From: Oculina patagonica
Taxonomy: Eukaryota
Direction of reading: 5' to 3'
Length of the DNA: 64,000 nt
Assembly (NCBI RefSeq): GCF_052425735.1
Contig: NC_135761.1
Span: forward strand, 44,144,001-44,208,000
Shown here: positions 36,509 through 50,600 of the stretch, piece by piece
Numbering within the stretch: position 1 is the stretch's first letter
How the letters are laid out: every line of letters begins with the position of its first letter
The notes under the pieces: model-generated
The model's input: only the letters and a program-made list of their open reading frames with translations
What the model was told of the DNA's origin: nothing
Database searches by the model: none
Program-made: the position numbers and the translations under genes

Positions 36509-37698
36509 TTAAAATTTGAAATTGATAAAATGGGTATCGAATAGATTGTTTTGCGAATCTAGGAAAGTGTTAGATTTTATGGTTTTCTGTTTGATGTTAT
36601 AAGCTAGACGCAAAATCTATGTATAAAGCAGTATACACTGATATTCATAATACAGGGTGCGATAATAAACGTGGTAATTTTATTTGTAGTTTGTTTATAA
36701 TGAAGTAAATGGAAAGTCTCTATGAGTTTCTACAAACATTGTTATTTTAATGTTGTAAAAAAAGCCCCTTTTGCATGGCGTAGAAATTTAATCCATTGAA
36801 ATGTAGGAAATCAAAAGTTAATTCGGCTCTAGCTGGCTGTGGATATTTCCCTTGTCATCACTTATTACAAGGAACTGTGAAATGAAGATGACTCTACTTG
36901 GACTTGATACTTTTCCTACTTATTTTATTATATTCAAGTATTGTAAATAATGGGTTAAATTAAATGTTATGAAAACGACTGATAAAAGCATTAATAATAT
37001 TTGAAAAGCACGGTCAGGTATGCTACTGAAGTTTCTAGAATAAGTTCGTCAGATTACCAAAATAAAACAATTGCACCCAGACAAGGGAGATATGCCAGCT
37101 CATAGTTCCTTTCTCTCAAGGAACGCGTTGCCTGTATCACTTGGGTTTCGTGTTTCGCTACTATCTAACAATTGATTGTAAAATAAATATAAGATCAATT
37201 GTGCTTGACATCTGTTATTGTGGCTCGTTGTTTGACTTAATTTTGGCACTTCTTAAGGATCTGTCGCATTGGTACTTTTTGTATTTCTTTTTTTGAACCT
37301 AATATTACTGTGTTTAAGTTTGTTAGCCATTGAATTGTAAGATATTGAAAAAAATAAGTATTGGGAAATTTAACCTATTTGTTTCTTCCTCTACACTGCA
37401 GTATAATGGGTATATAACGATTAAGCCTCATTGTGCAATTCTTTCATTGTTTTAATAAATATAATGTATCTGACCAGAGATGTCTGCTAACTTAAAGATG
37501 GTTACTGAAATATTTATCCTGAGGTGGAAATCGCGCTGTAACGCTTAATACTTTGCCTACGAAGCCGTAGCGAAGTTGGATAACATCGGACCATATTTGG
37601 CAAAAATTGGGCAGGAATGACATGAAGTACCAGATGTATGACGTAACGGTCAATCCACACAAGATCGCTAGAACTTGTCAACATTGTGTCCAAAAAGC

Positions 37699-39392
37699 TT
37701 AGTTGACTAGATCTGGAAGAACCACTAACGAATGCATTGTTTGTACTCTTCTTTCCTGACATTTTTTTGTGTTAGCAAACGCGAAGAGCTCACACAAGCC
37801 CTTCCTGTACTCTCTGTTTGTCATCCAGTAAATCAAAGGGTTAACACATGAGTTAAACATTGCAAGAATTCCTCCCGTGTCGTGCAATGTGCTACCGATC
37901 TCAGTGATGCTAAACGGAGAGAGGATATAAATAGTTTGAGCGGGAAGCCAACACAATGTCAACGTTACTGACGTCACTGCACACATGCGTAGTAAAGCTT
38001 TCTGTTGTGCTCTTTGTCGCTCACCATAGCATCTTGCCATTGGCGATGTCTTGAACAGCAGTGTTATATGGCCAAATGAAGCCCAAGCAATCAAACACGG
38101 AAAATAAAAACTAACCAGAACATAAATAACAATCATAGCCTGAGTTCCTTTTTCTCCATATGGTGCATAAACTTTAGAACATTTACTCCCTGACAATTTC
38201 CACTCGAACAACTTGTTTATCTGCAGAAGACAAGTGCAAACCCAAATAGCCAGGATGTAGAGAAAGAGCCTCTTTCGGGTGAAATAGCGCTTGTACATCA
38301 TTGGTCGAAAAATACAATACCACCTATCAATAGCCAGGCACGTGACTTTCAAAATAGAGACTTTTCCCATAGTAAAGAGCGCGTATCTACTACTGAGTAC
38401 ACGGCAGAAGATTTCACCAGCTAAACCGTCGGGAACTGGGAATGATGCAATGCTGATAACATAGCCAGGAGTAAGAGGAATGAAAATTCCTGTCGAACAT
38501 AAAAGCATCCGTTATTCATATAGTTTATTACAATCGTTTATTCAAATTAATTTCTTGACATCTGTAACTTTCTCATGAAAAACAATGTGATGGAGATAAT
38601 GTATTTATATCTGCAATATGTTATGATACTGCTTCGCACTATTTGATCGCTGAGGAAATTTGTCAAACTTTAAAAGAAATAGCGAACATAAATTTAATGT
38701 TTGGCAAATAAAACACCAGTATCACTTACTATGATTTGGTGCACGGCAACATCTAGAACTTTTTACGTGGAAACAAAGCTTTTAATTTTTTTTTTTGGTG
38801 TTTGAAATTATTGTGATATTCAAACAGCTATACCAGTTGGTGTGAAAGAGAGAAAATGTTTCAATTATAAAAAAAAATAGTTGCATCCAAAAACCAAAAG
38901 AAAATCAATCCCGCAATTTTGAATACATGACAATTTCTTTCATATTTCTTCACAATTTAACTTGTAATTCCTGCGTTTTCCTAAACGTTACTGGCTTCTG
39001 TCGCTTTTATGACCTACCCCCTAGAATCATCAACGATTGCGGGATCTAGCCCTTAAAGACCTATCCAGTGATGCTTTATCTAGGTATCGTTTTTGTTCAG
39101 TACAAAGTTTGAGAGTCTCGAAAATCGTATACAGATACAAACCTGTTAGTAGATCTGTGATCGCCAAAGAGAACAGGAGAATATTGTGTGGTCTTTTCAA
39201 CATGGCAGACTTTCTCATCATAATCAAACAAAATAAAAAGTTCAGCAAAAACGACAAAGCTGCTATTATTCCAAACACCGACTCCTTAGCTTTAACCTGA
39301 AAGCTCTGATCTGCTATGGCTGGCTTGGACAGCTCTTCACTTGATATATTTTGTATTTGTAAAGATGTACTCAGGGTCTCCATTTTCAACAT
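37699..39392 (-). CDS. Class A orphan GPCR copy 3; exons 39392-39143, 38489-37699
   Basis: LAITD, LAIDRW, CWLP, NPLIY; spliced length 1041 nt, in frame. Confidence 0.9.
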
Positions 39393-40309
39393 CCCGCATA
39401 TGGATAATATCGTTTTAGTTTTCTACATATTATTTTAATTATTTTAAAACATTAGTTTCCAAATACAATACAGGTGTACTAAAGGTTTACCTGTTATACA
39501 AACAAATGATAGGTTTGGTTTTACAAACAAATGATACGTTTTGCCTGACGAAGGTTTGGAAATTTAAATAACTTAAGAAATGGGCTTTTATGTTTGCAAA
39601 AGTGCGAAAAGCTATAAGCAAGACCTGTCAATCATTATCCACCATCTCAATTCTCTTTCATTGTTTTCGTAATCTCTGTAAAATTTAAAATTAACCTGTC
39701 GAAACTTAGTACGCCACTGCTTCTAATCATACCGTATTGCAGTAAATAAAGAAAGAGCAAAATAAAGTCCGTTAAATGTCTGTTAAAGCTGTGCTTCAAC
39801 ATAGATATATAAAGCGAAATAAATCAAACGTCTGACATTAAAAAACGCACGAACAATGTCATTGACACCCGCATGTAAATAACAAGCTAATATTTTTTTC
39901 GTCAGAGTGAGTCATATTTTATTCATGTGTTATTTTTGTGAAAACTGGACTAAAATCAGTAAAAACGTAGTTTCCAGCAGTTTTCTGTCGAAGTATAACG
40001 TAATTCTGTAATTCGAAAAAAAAATATGTTTTCTTGCGTTGGTGAATCATGTGTGAAAATTGGAAGGAAGGTTATTATGACATCTTGTCAAATGTTTTAG
40101 TAAATACGGTGACATCAGCTGTGCAAATATGTTCTAGCTAAAATTTCATATTCTTACTAGAGAGTCACGTTCAAAATACATTTACTTTAAACTGAACGGT
40201 GGTAACAAGACTGCAATTCAACAATATCAGTTAGCTTATATTTTACTGGAGCAAATCTAAAACACTTAAACATTAAGACACATCACAGCATGTGAGAGCA
40301 GGAAGTCAA

Positions 40310-40731
40310 CCCGGGGGGGGGGGGGGGGTACTCCATATAACGGCCTATACGGGGAGGCTCCGCCCGAAAGGGGTACCTTTTTCAGGCTTCAGGTATATAA
40401 AAGGGTAGCGATTTCACAAGTTTAGGTATATGAAAGGGTATGAAAATCCGTCATTTAGGTTTTTTAAAAGGCCTGTAATTAAAATATTTCGAACAGACGC
40501 ACTTTATGGCTGTATTATTTTAATTTATTAAGCGCTACATAAAAATGAGAAGAAAACGTCCTGTTCTAAGGCTATGTCACGTCTTTTAGGTATATGAAAG
40601 GGGTACCTTTTTTCAGTAAAAGGTATACGAAAGGGGTACAATTTCTGTCAAAATGGTATATAAAAGGGTAAGGGGTAAGAGCTTGGGGCGGAGCCTCCCC
40701 GTATAAAACTTTTTTGAGTGCCCCCCCCGGG
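40310..40731. mobile_element. CCCGGG-terminated MITE with 8-bp TSD
   Basis: GAAGTCAA|CCCGGGGG...CCCCCGGG|GAAGTCAA; the paralogous empty site at ~45184 has a single GAAGTCAA. Confidence 0.9.
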
Positions 40732-41619
40732 GAAGTCAACAAGACATGCAGCTGTGATCCAGAATAATAATACAGGACTGTATTAACACAACTTACATGT
40801 TACTTTTGTGTGACCAACACAATCAATAAACAGTGTCGCTGAGTAATTTTACCCGTTCTTTACATTTTGTCTTGCCCTGCAAGCTTTACAGATTTGCTGT
40901 TTGTAATTTCCTTTTTTTCTTTAGCCATGGGCGGGAACCTCCTGGTCTAAAGCCTAATCCGTGTGTACGTACCGGGGCTGGCTGCGACCCCCAAAATTTC
41001 TCGGCTAGATGGATAACCATTTGCTTACTTATGGATGCTTCGCCGGCTCGCGCCGCTCCGCTATGAATTTTCACACGATAAATGGCGTAAAAGTGACCTC
41101 TGATGCTTGCTTGTCTTAGCCAGTGAGTTTCCTTATTTGACTAAATAACATAAGTAATTTCACTATATGTTCATTCGAACGACTACAAACTTCCAGTTTT
41201 CAAATATTCTATATCTGTATCAATGTCAAAGACTCCATCTCTGATTTTAATTGTGCTTGTATCTATGTTCTTATTTTCATGGCGGAAAACCGATGTGCGA
41301 GAAGTGTAGACTGCAGACCTGCAGACTTGCATGCAGACCGGTTAGCATGAATGATACTCCGGATAGTTTAAGATTATACGACTAACAACGCTTCAGTTTG
41401 CTTTGAATAGTAGACAAAGCAAAACGATATTCACTTGAAAGCAATTCCACATGTCCACAGCCTGCAGTTTACATTTGTTGCACACCGTGGCAGAGCAGGT
41501 TCCATTGCAAGTTAAAATCTCACCTTCCAGAAACAGCACAGAATCAACTGAGCGTGCTCCGTTTCTTTCTGTTCACATACACTCAAGACTTGCTGCAAAC
41601 TTATCAGTATTGTAGATAA

Positions 41620-41852
41620 ATGACACGAGAATGGGGCAAAGAAAAATTTTGAGTCCCCGACGGGAATCGAACCCATGGCCTCCCAGATACCGGTTGGGCG
41701 CTCTACCCAACTGGGCTACGAGAGACTCGTGGTAAGCTGGGCCATTTCCTAGGTACAAAGTTCTTCCAACCGGTATCTGGGAGGACATGGGTTCGATTCC
41801 CGTCGGGACTCAGAATTTGTCTTTGTCCCATGCTCGTCTCATTGTTGGAAAA
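41620..41852. mobile_element. Inverted pair of tRNA-derived SINE heads
   Basis: On -, A-box TAGCCCAGTTGG and B-box GGTTCGATTCCC; the inverted partial copy on + keeps the B-box. Confidence 0.8.
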
Positions 41853-42460
41853 ATTCATCTTCATTATTCGTCGCCGAGCATAAAATTTACCAGCTTTATT
41901 AGTTACAACTTATAAGTACGTTTGAGATGACCGAGAGAATAGTTCTCAAGTATAGTCTTACATAATCACACTAAACGGCACTGTAAACTGTGTTTCCATG
42001 GTGGACACATGCTGCAAGGATACCTTTAGCGCTGTGTCCACTGAGTTGAGAAGATGCCTATGTACATTGAAGATTCCTTAACCTGATCTCAAATTAAAGC
42101 TTGTAAAACTGGCAGCAATAGGATATTACACACAACGTTTTTTTTTATGATAACTAGAAAAGAGATTGGGGGAAACAGGAACTTATTTACCGTAAAAATT
42201 AAAAGGATATTTTTTTAACGAACACCTCAATGGATGTGATTGTGTAGTAGTGTTCAACTTTCGAAGTTTAAAACACTATATCGAAAAGAATGTTATAAGC
42301 TGTGTTTTAATTGTTATTTATGTTGAGCTCTTAAGCTAATTTGACTGTCGATAAGCTGTGAAACTATGAATTATCGTGAATGAATTATCATAATTATGTA
42401 TGAGGTAATAGTTAAGACACACGCGAACGCTGAAACCTTTCAACATAGCGTCCTCAAAGC

Positions 42461-44933
42461 TTAGTTGACTGGATCTGGAAGAACCATTAACATTTCAGTC
42501 TCTCGTTTAGAACTTTCCTTCCTAAAATACTTTTTGTTAGCGAACATGAAAAGATCACACAAGCCCTTCCTGTACTCTTTGTTTGTCATCCAGTAAATCA
42601 AAGGATTAACACACGAGTTAAACATTGCAAGTATTCCACCCGTATCGTGCAATGTGCTACCAATCTTTGTGATGTTAAACGGAGAGAGGATATAAATGGT
42701 TTGAGCCGGAAGCCAACACAATGTCAACGTAATTGACGTCACGGCACACATGCGTAATAGCGCTTTCTGTTGTGCTCTTTGTCGCTCACGGTAGCATCTA
42801 GCCATTGGCGATGTCTTGAACAGCAGTGTGATATGGCCAAACGAAGCCCAAGCAAGCAAACATGGGATATAAAATCCTATCAGACTGTATATAATTATCA
42901 TAGCTTGCGTACCCTTTTTTCCATACGGCGCTTCTACTTCCGAACATTTGTTTCCAGACAATTTCCATTCGAAAAACTTGTTTATCTGCAGAAGACAAGT
43001 GCAAACCCAAATAGCCAGGATGTAGAGAAAAAGTCTCTTGCGTGTGAAGTAGCGTTTGTACGTCATTGGTCGAAAAATACAATACCACCTATCAATAGCC
43101 AGGCACGTGACTTTCAAGATAGAGACTTTTCCCATTGTAAAGAGCGCGTATCTACTAATGAGGACACGGCAGAAGATTTCACCTGCTAAACCGCGAGGAA
43201 CTGGAAACGATGCAATGCTGATAACATAGCCAGGAGTAAGAGGAATGAAGATTCCTGTCCAGCATAAAAGCATTGGTTATTCTTACAGTTTTTTTTTAAT
43301 GACATCTGTTACGTTCTCATGAAAAACAACAACATACGGATAATAAGGGAATAAAATGATTTTTTGAGGGAATATTGTTTATTTGCGCCCGCGTAGTGTC
43401 ATTTGTGGCCCGAGCGCGAAGCGCAAGGGCCACAAATGACACTACAAGGGAGCAAATAAACAATATTCCCGAACAAAAGTCATTTTATTATCATTATTAT
43501 CAATAAACAAGGCCAAATAACATCCAGATAGGTAACACATTCAGTTTAATGAAGTTAGCATCATGATTTTCAATTCAAATAACACAAGTACTTCGTCGCA
43601 ATGAAAATTATACACGATGCTACTGAGGCTTATGTCTTATTGTGTAGTTGTAGTATAAAAGAGCTAGCTGCAGTGTCTCTGAAAATAATGAGCAATGGGT
43701 TGATTCATGGATAATAATACTTTACAAACTTACATTTTCCGATTGAACTTCGGCGTAAAATTCCTGCAACTGCCTTAGCAAAATTGGCTCGACCGGAGAT
43801 ACACAATTCAAGTGAATGATGTTTCGTTTCTCGCAAGACAACAAGGAGCTGCTCTCTTTGTCCCTTCGCCTTGTGAATTTGCCTCTAAATCCGACTTTTT
43901 GGCTGTATTTTGTCCCATTTACAACAAATAGACTTTTATTTTAATTTGATTTTTCCTACCGAACACAATTCGCTTGTCGAAAAACTGTTCGAGACTCTTG
44001 CTGTACGCGTACGCACCTGAATTGTTTTCCCACGTCAGCGACGCTGATTGGTTAAAGTTAATCGGATGATGAACAGAGAACCAATCAGCTGCAGGGCCGT
44101 TAATGCATTAACAGCCCGCTAGGAGTCATTTGCGGCCCGCAAAGCGTGTGTTTTCAATAGGGCGGTTTTCAATTTGGCCGCGTGTATTGATAATAATGTA
44201 ATTTTAACTGCAGTATGTTATGATAATGTTGTTTCACACCGTTTGATCGCTGAGGAAATTTCTCAAACGTTAAATTAATGTTTGTTTTGCAAGCATAAAT
44301 TTGACATTTGGCAAATAAAACACCAGTATCAATTACTTTGATTTGGCACACGGCAAAATCTAGAAATTTGTTCATGGAAACAAAGCTTTTAATCTTTTTT
44401 CCTTGTTTAAAATTACCGTGATGACAGCTATTCCGTGAAGTGTGAAAGAGAAAAAATGTGTCAAAGAGAAAATATCAATTGCATACAAAAAACCAAAACA
44501 ACAGGAATTCCACAATTTTGAATATATGATTTCTTTCAAGTTTGACCATTTGTTTTCTTCACGAATCATCTTTCTAGTAATGCTTGTGTTTTCCTACATA
44601 TACTACTGGCTTCTGTCGCTGTTAAGACCTACCCACTAGAATCATCAACGATTGCGTGATCTAGCCCTTAAATACCTTTTCCAATGATGTTTTATCTAGG
44701 TAAAATTAATATTGAGAGTCTCGTAGAATCGTATAAAGCTACAAACCTGTAAGTAGATCTGTGATTGCCAAAGAGAACAGAAGAATATTGTGTGGTCTTT
44801 TCAACATGGCAGGCTTTCTCACCATTATCACACAGAACAGAAAGTTCAGCAAAAACGACAAAGCTGCTATTACGCCAAACGTCGCCTCCCTAACATTGGC
44901 CTGGAAGCTCTTTTTCTTGCGTTGGTGAATCAT
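42461..44933 (-). CDS. Class A orphan GPCR copy 4 with replaced N-terminus; exons 44933-44747, 43254-42461
   Basis: Paralog of copies 3, 5 and 6. The METL.. start is missing and an in-frame ATG at 44933 comes from former upstream DNA; spliced length 981 nt. Confidence 0.75.
43343..44197 (-). mobile_element. Hairpin-ended non-autonomous element, Crypton-like, in the GPCR4 intron
   Basis: Absent from the paralogous introns. Hairpin 43339-43501; IR CATTATTATCAATA (43492) / TATTGATAATAATG (44185); the - strand encodes LLRQLQEFYAEVQSEN near 43735-43780. Confidence 0.7.
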
Positions 44934-45255
44934 GTGTGAAAATTGGAAGAAAGTTATTATGACATTTCGTCAAATGTTTTAGTAAACACGGTGACATCAG
45001 CTGTGCAAATATGTTCTAGCTAAAATGTCATATTCTTACTAGAGAGTCACGTTCAAAATACATTTACTTTAAACTGAACGGTGGTAACAAGACTCCAATT
45101 CAACAATATCAGTTAGCTTCTATTTTACTGGAGCAAATCTAATACACTTAAACATTAAGACACATCACAGCTTGTGAGAGCTGGAAGTCAACAAGATATG
45201 CAGCTGTGATCCAGAATGCTGTCAATATATGCTATGTTAACAAAACATACAGAAC

Positions 45256-45572
45256 TTTATACCATGCCATAGAAAATACAGCCAATCAGAATACAGGAAA
45301 GCCGTTGTATATTCGACGGTATTCAACCCAACCTTCCCATCGTGCGCTGCGATCTTATTCTCGATGAAATTTAGTAAGCCTTTTTTTCTATGGCATGGTA
45401 TAAAATAGTTACACAACACTTTCTCGTGGTATACTATGGAATATCCCACTTGTCACTTGTATTTTCTTCGTATACACACTCGCCTAAAGGCTCGTGTGTA
45501 TACCGAGAAAATACAAGTGACTCGTGGGATATTCCATAGTATACCACTCGAAAGCGTTGCATAACTAGTATG
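45256..45572 (+). mobile_element. Hairpin-ended miniature element with Crypton-like architecture
   Basis: 21-bp IR at 45256-45276 / 45384-45404, then a ~160-bp hairpin at 45406-45567; absent from the paralogous site at ~40780. Confidence 0.75.
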
Positions 45573-46413
45573 TATTAACACAACTTACATGTTACTTTTG
45601 TGTGACCAACACAATCAATAAACAGTGTCGCTGAGTAATTTTACCCGTTTTCTACATTTTGTCTTGCCCTGCAAGCTTTACATATTTGCTGTTTGTAATT
45701 TCCTTTTTTTTTTCTTTAGTCACGGGCGGGAAACCTCCTGGTCTAAGGCCTAATCCGTGTGTACGTACGGGGCTGGCGGCGACCCCCAAAATTTCTCGGC
45801 TAGATGGATAACCATTTGCTTACTTATGGATGCTCCGCCGGCTCGCGCCGCTCCGCTATGAATTTTCACACGATAAATGGCGTAAAAGTGATCCCTGATG
45901 CTTGCTTGTCTTAGCCAGTGAGTTTCCTTATTTGACTAAATAACATAAGTAATCTCACTATTTGTTCATTCGAACGACTACAAACTTCCAATTTTCAAGT
46001 ATTCTATATCTGTATCAATGTCAAAGACTCCATCTCTGATTGTAATTGTGCTTGTGTCTGTGTTTTTTTTTTTCATGGTGAAAAACCGATGTGCGAGAAG
46101 TGTAGACTGCAGACCTGCAGACTTGCATGCAGACCGGTTAGCATGAATGATACTCCGGATAGTTTAAGACTATACGACTAACAACGCTTCAGTTTGCTTT
46201 GAATAGTAGACAAAGCAAAACGATATTCACTTGAAAGCAATTCCACATGTCCACAGCCTGCAGTTTACATTTGTTGCACACCGTGGCAGAGCAGGTTCCA
46301 TTGCAAGTTAAAATCTCACCTTCCAGAAACAGCACAGAATCAACTCGGCGCGTGCTCCGTTACTTTCTGTTCACATACACTCAAGACTTGCTGCAAACTT
46401 ATAAGTATTGTAG

Positions 46414-46652
46414 ATGAATTTTTTCAACAATGACACCAGCATGGGACAAAGAAAAATTTTGAGTCCCCGACGGGAATCGAACCCATGGCCTCCCAGATCC
46501 CGGTTGGGCGCTCTACCCAACTGGGCTACGAGAGACTCGTGGTAAGCTGGGCCATTTCCTGGGTACAAAGTTCTTCCAACCGGTGTCTGGGAGGTAATGG
46601 GTTCGATTCCCGTCGGGACTCAGAATTTGTCTTTGTCCCATGCTCGTCTCAT
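46414..46652. mobile_element. Inverted pair of tRNA-derived SINE heads (duplicate of 41620-41852)
   Basis: Near-identical sequence in the duplicated unit. Confidence 0.8.
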
Positions 46653-47226
46653 TGTTGAAAAAATTCATCTTCATTATTCGTCGCCGAGCTTCAAATTTAC
46701 CAGCTTGATTAATTACAACTTATAAGTACGTTTAAGATGACCGAGAAAATAGTTCTCAAGTATAGTTTTACATAATCACTCCGCACCAAACGGCACTGTA
46801 AACTGTGTTTCCATGGTAGACGCATGCTGTGTCAACTGAGTCTATGTGCATTGTAGATTCCTCAACCTGATCTTAAATGAAAGCTTGTAAAACTGGCAGC
46901 AATAGGATATTACACACAATGTTCTTTCATGATTACCAGAATAGAGATTGAGGAAAACAGGCACTTATTTACAGTAAAAAAAAAGAAAATTGATATTTTT
47001 TATAATGAACACCTCAATGGAATGATTGTGTAATAGTGTTCAAATTTAGATCGAAAGGAATGTTATAAGCTGTGTTAAACTCGTTATTTATGTTGAGCGA
47101 CTAAGCTAATTTGACTGTAGATAAGCTGTGAAACAATGAACTATTGTGAATGAATTATCAAATGTATGAGGTAATGTTTGAGAAACACGGGAACACTGAA
47201 ACCGTTCAACATAGCGTCAACAAAGA

Positions 47227-49267
47227 TTAGTTGACTGCATCTGGAAGAACCACTAACGAATACATTTCAGTCTCTCGTTTAGAACTTTCTTTCCTAAAAT
47301 ACTTTTTGTTAGCGAACATAAAAAGCTCACACAAGCCCTTCCTGTACTCTTTGTTTGTCATCCAGTAAATCAAAGGATTAACACACGAGTTAAACATTGC
47401 AAGTATTCCACCCGTATCGTGCAATGTACTGCCAATCTTGGTGATGTTAAACGGAGAGAGGATATAAATGGTTTGAGCCGGAAGCCAACATAATGTCAAC
47501 GTAATTGACGTCACGGCACACATGCGTAATAGCGCTTTCTGTTGTGCTCTTTGCCGCCCACCGTAGCATCTAGCCATTGGCGATGTCTTGAACAGCAGTG
47601 TGATATGGCCAAACGAAGCCCAAGCAAGCAAACATGGGATATAAAATCCTATCAGACTGTAGATAATTATCATAGCTTGAGTACCATTTTCTCCATATGG
47701 AGCATTTACTTTAGAACATTTACTTCCTGTCAATTTCGACTCGAAAAACTTGTTAATCTGCAGAATACAAGTGCAGACCCAAATCGCCAGGATGTAAAGA
47801 ACAAGAGTCTTTCGGGTGAAGTAGCGTTTGTACGTCATTGGTCGAAAAATACAATACCACCTATCAATGGCCAGACACGTGACCTTCCAAATGGAGACCT
47901 TTCCCATTGTGAAGAGTGCGTATCTACTACTGAGGACACGGCAGAAGATTTCACCTGCTAAACCGCGAGGAATTGGAAACAATGCAATGCTGATAACATA
48001 GCCAGGGGTAAGAGGAATGAAGATTCCTGTCGAGCATAAAAGCATTGGTTATTCTTACGGTTTATTAAAAAAAAGTTTATGTAAATTATTTTTTTAATGT
48101 TTGTTTTGCAAGCATAAATTTAACATTTGGCAAATAAAACACCAATATCAATTACTATGATTTGGCACACGGCAAAATCTAGAAATTTGTTCATGGAAAC
48201 AAAGCTTTTAATCTTTTTTCCTTGTTTAAAATTACCGTGATGACAGCTATTCCGTGAAGTGTGAAAGAGAGAAAATGTGTCAAAGAGAAAATATCAATTG
48301 CATACAAAAAACCAAAACAACAGGAATTCCACAATTTTGAATATATGATTTCTTTCAAGTTTGACCATTTGTTTTCTTCACGAATCATCTTTCTAGTTAT
48401 GCTTGTGTTTTCCTACATACTACTGGCTTCTGTGCTGTTAGGACCTACCGTAATGATTCGATTTAGCGCCCTCCTTCAAATAAGCGCCCCCTTCTGAATA
48501 AACGCCCCCCTTCGAATGTGTTTTTGTAAATAAGCGCCCCTATTCCAATAAGCGCCCCCATTCTCATTAACGCCCCCGTTCCTATAAGCACCCCTATTCT
48601 AATAAGTGCCACTATCGTGGATAACTGCCCATACTGAAGTCATTGACGTCAACTAGATAAACTCCTGACCGTTCACCGTACAGTTCATGTATATATTTAC
48701 TGCTAAAATGAACAATTATTTTAAAAGTAACTGAACTTCAAACAATTTCTAACTGTAACAGTCTCTGTTATTGTTAGATACATTTGGTTGTTTCTCTAGA
48801 AATTAAATAAACGCCCTGTCCCGAATAAGCGCCCTGTCTCGAATAAGCTCCCTCCCTCGAGGTGCCAAAAGTAAATAAGCGCCCCGGGCGCTAAATCGAA
48901 TCATTACGGTACCCACTAGAATCATCAACGATTGCGTGATCTAGCTCTTAAATACCTTTTCTAATGATGTTTTATCTTGGTAAAATTAATATTGAGAGTC
49001 TCGTAGAATCGTATAAAGCTACAAACCTGTAAGTAGATCTGTGATTGCCAAAGAAAACAGAAGGATATTGTGTGGTCTTTTCAACATGGCAGGCTTTCTC
49101 ATCATTATCACACAAAACAGAAAGTTCAGCAAAAACGAAAAAGCTGCTATTACGCCAAACGTCGCCTCCCTAACATTGGCCTGAAAGCTCTGATCTTCTA
49201 TGGCTGGCGTGGGCAGTTCTTTACCTGAATCATTTTGCAATCGTGAAGATGTACTCAAGGTTTCCAT
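47227..49267 (-). CDS. Class A orphan GPCR copy 5; exons 49267-49027, 48026-47227
   Basis: Same motifs as copy 3; spliced length 1041 nt, in frame. Confidence 0.9.
48448..48909. mobile_element. MITE with TA TSD in the GPCR5 intron
   Basis: TA|CCGTAATGATTCGATTTAGCGCCC ... GGGCGCTAAATCGAATCATTACGG|TA; empty site GACCTACCCACTAG at ~44626. Confidence 0.93.
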
Positions 49268-50097
49268 TTTGAATAATATTGTTTGAGTTTTTCTATATAT
49301 TACTTAAATTAGGTTCCCAACCATGAAAAACCTAATATTTCAAACTAATGCCTTATAGGTTCAAGAGGAATATTGGTTAAGAAATGATACGTTTTGACTA
49401 AAGAAGTAGGGACATTTGAATAATATAAGAAGTAGGCTTTTATGTTTGCAAAGGGTGACAAGCTCTGTACAAGACTTGTCAATCATTATTTCAGTTCTCT
49501 TTCTTTGTTATCGTAATCGTTGTAAAATTTGACATTAACCAGTCGAAACTTAGTTCACGCACTGCTTACTAATTATGCCTTATTTTTATATCCCAGTAAA
49601 TAAAGAGGGAGCAAAATAAAGCGAATTTATATGGAATATTAATGCCAATTTATGTGTAATATAAATTAAAGTTAATGCCACAACCATGAATGTGAGATCA
49701 GAGAAGTAAAAAGAGCACCCCAGTCAAATATACAGATCTGTCACGCAATAGGCTGCAAGACTAACACTCTTGCATTACATTCAAAGGTCAAAGTCGCCTC
49801 TGCACCAGTATGTTGTGCAATTTCGGGCTGGCCAATCATATTGCCCCTATTCTATCATGTCAATCAAGACCATGCGGTTTCATCTAGACATCATTAATTT
49901 TACTTCAAATTCTCTGAGCTCTAGAATGGTTCTGACAATAATTCCCACCCACCCAACCCTCTTTGGTTTTCTTCTAGCATAGTACTTGTAGACATCTAGG
50001 CAATGTTAAAATTCTACACACAAATACTGACATGTAGAGGGTTGTCCTTTATTATGATTATGATTATTATTATTTTCACACATTAGCCAGAGCCAAT

Positions 50098-50600
50098 AGA
50101 CTAAAGCAAAAAGTCTGCTTATATAGACACTATTATAATTGTTACCTTTCGCATGCTACTCAAGTTTCAGTAGAACTAATGGACTTAAGCAGCATGCCTG
50201 CTTATAGAGACATTGTGTTTATATTGTTACCATTTTGTATGCTAACTCAGGCTTAGAGCTTATGGACTGAAGCAGCATGTCTGCTTATAGAGACATTGGT
50301 TTTATATTGTTACCATTTTGTATGCTAACTCAGGCTTAGAGCTTATGGACTGAAGCAGCATGTCTGCTTATAGAGATATTGGTTTTATATTGTTACCATT
50401 TTGTATGCTAACTCAGGCTTAGAGCTTATGGACTGAAGCAGCATGTCTGCTTATAGAGACATTGGTTTTATATTGTTACCATTTTGTATGCTAACTCAGG
50501 CTTAAAGCTTATGGACTGAAGCAGCATGTCTGCTTATTAAGATGTTACTATTGTTAACATTTTCTATGCCAACTCAAGCTTGCAGCTGTTGGCCTTGAGC
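50098..50600. repeat. 83-bp tandem repeat (4-6 copies)
   Basis: TATGGACTGAAGCAGC recurs at 50261, 50344, 50427 and 50510. Confidence 0.95.

Noticed and set aside
41655-41735. tRNA gene (also at ~46460 and ~54510)
   Set aside because: A/B boxes are present, but the anticodon arm is irregular and the sequence continues into a SINE body within an inverted doublet.
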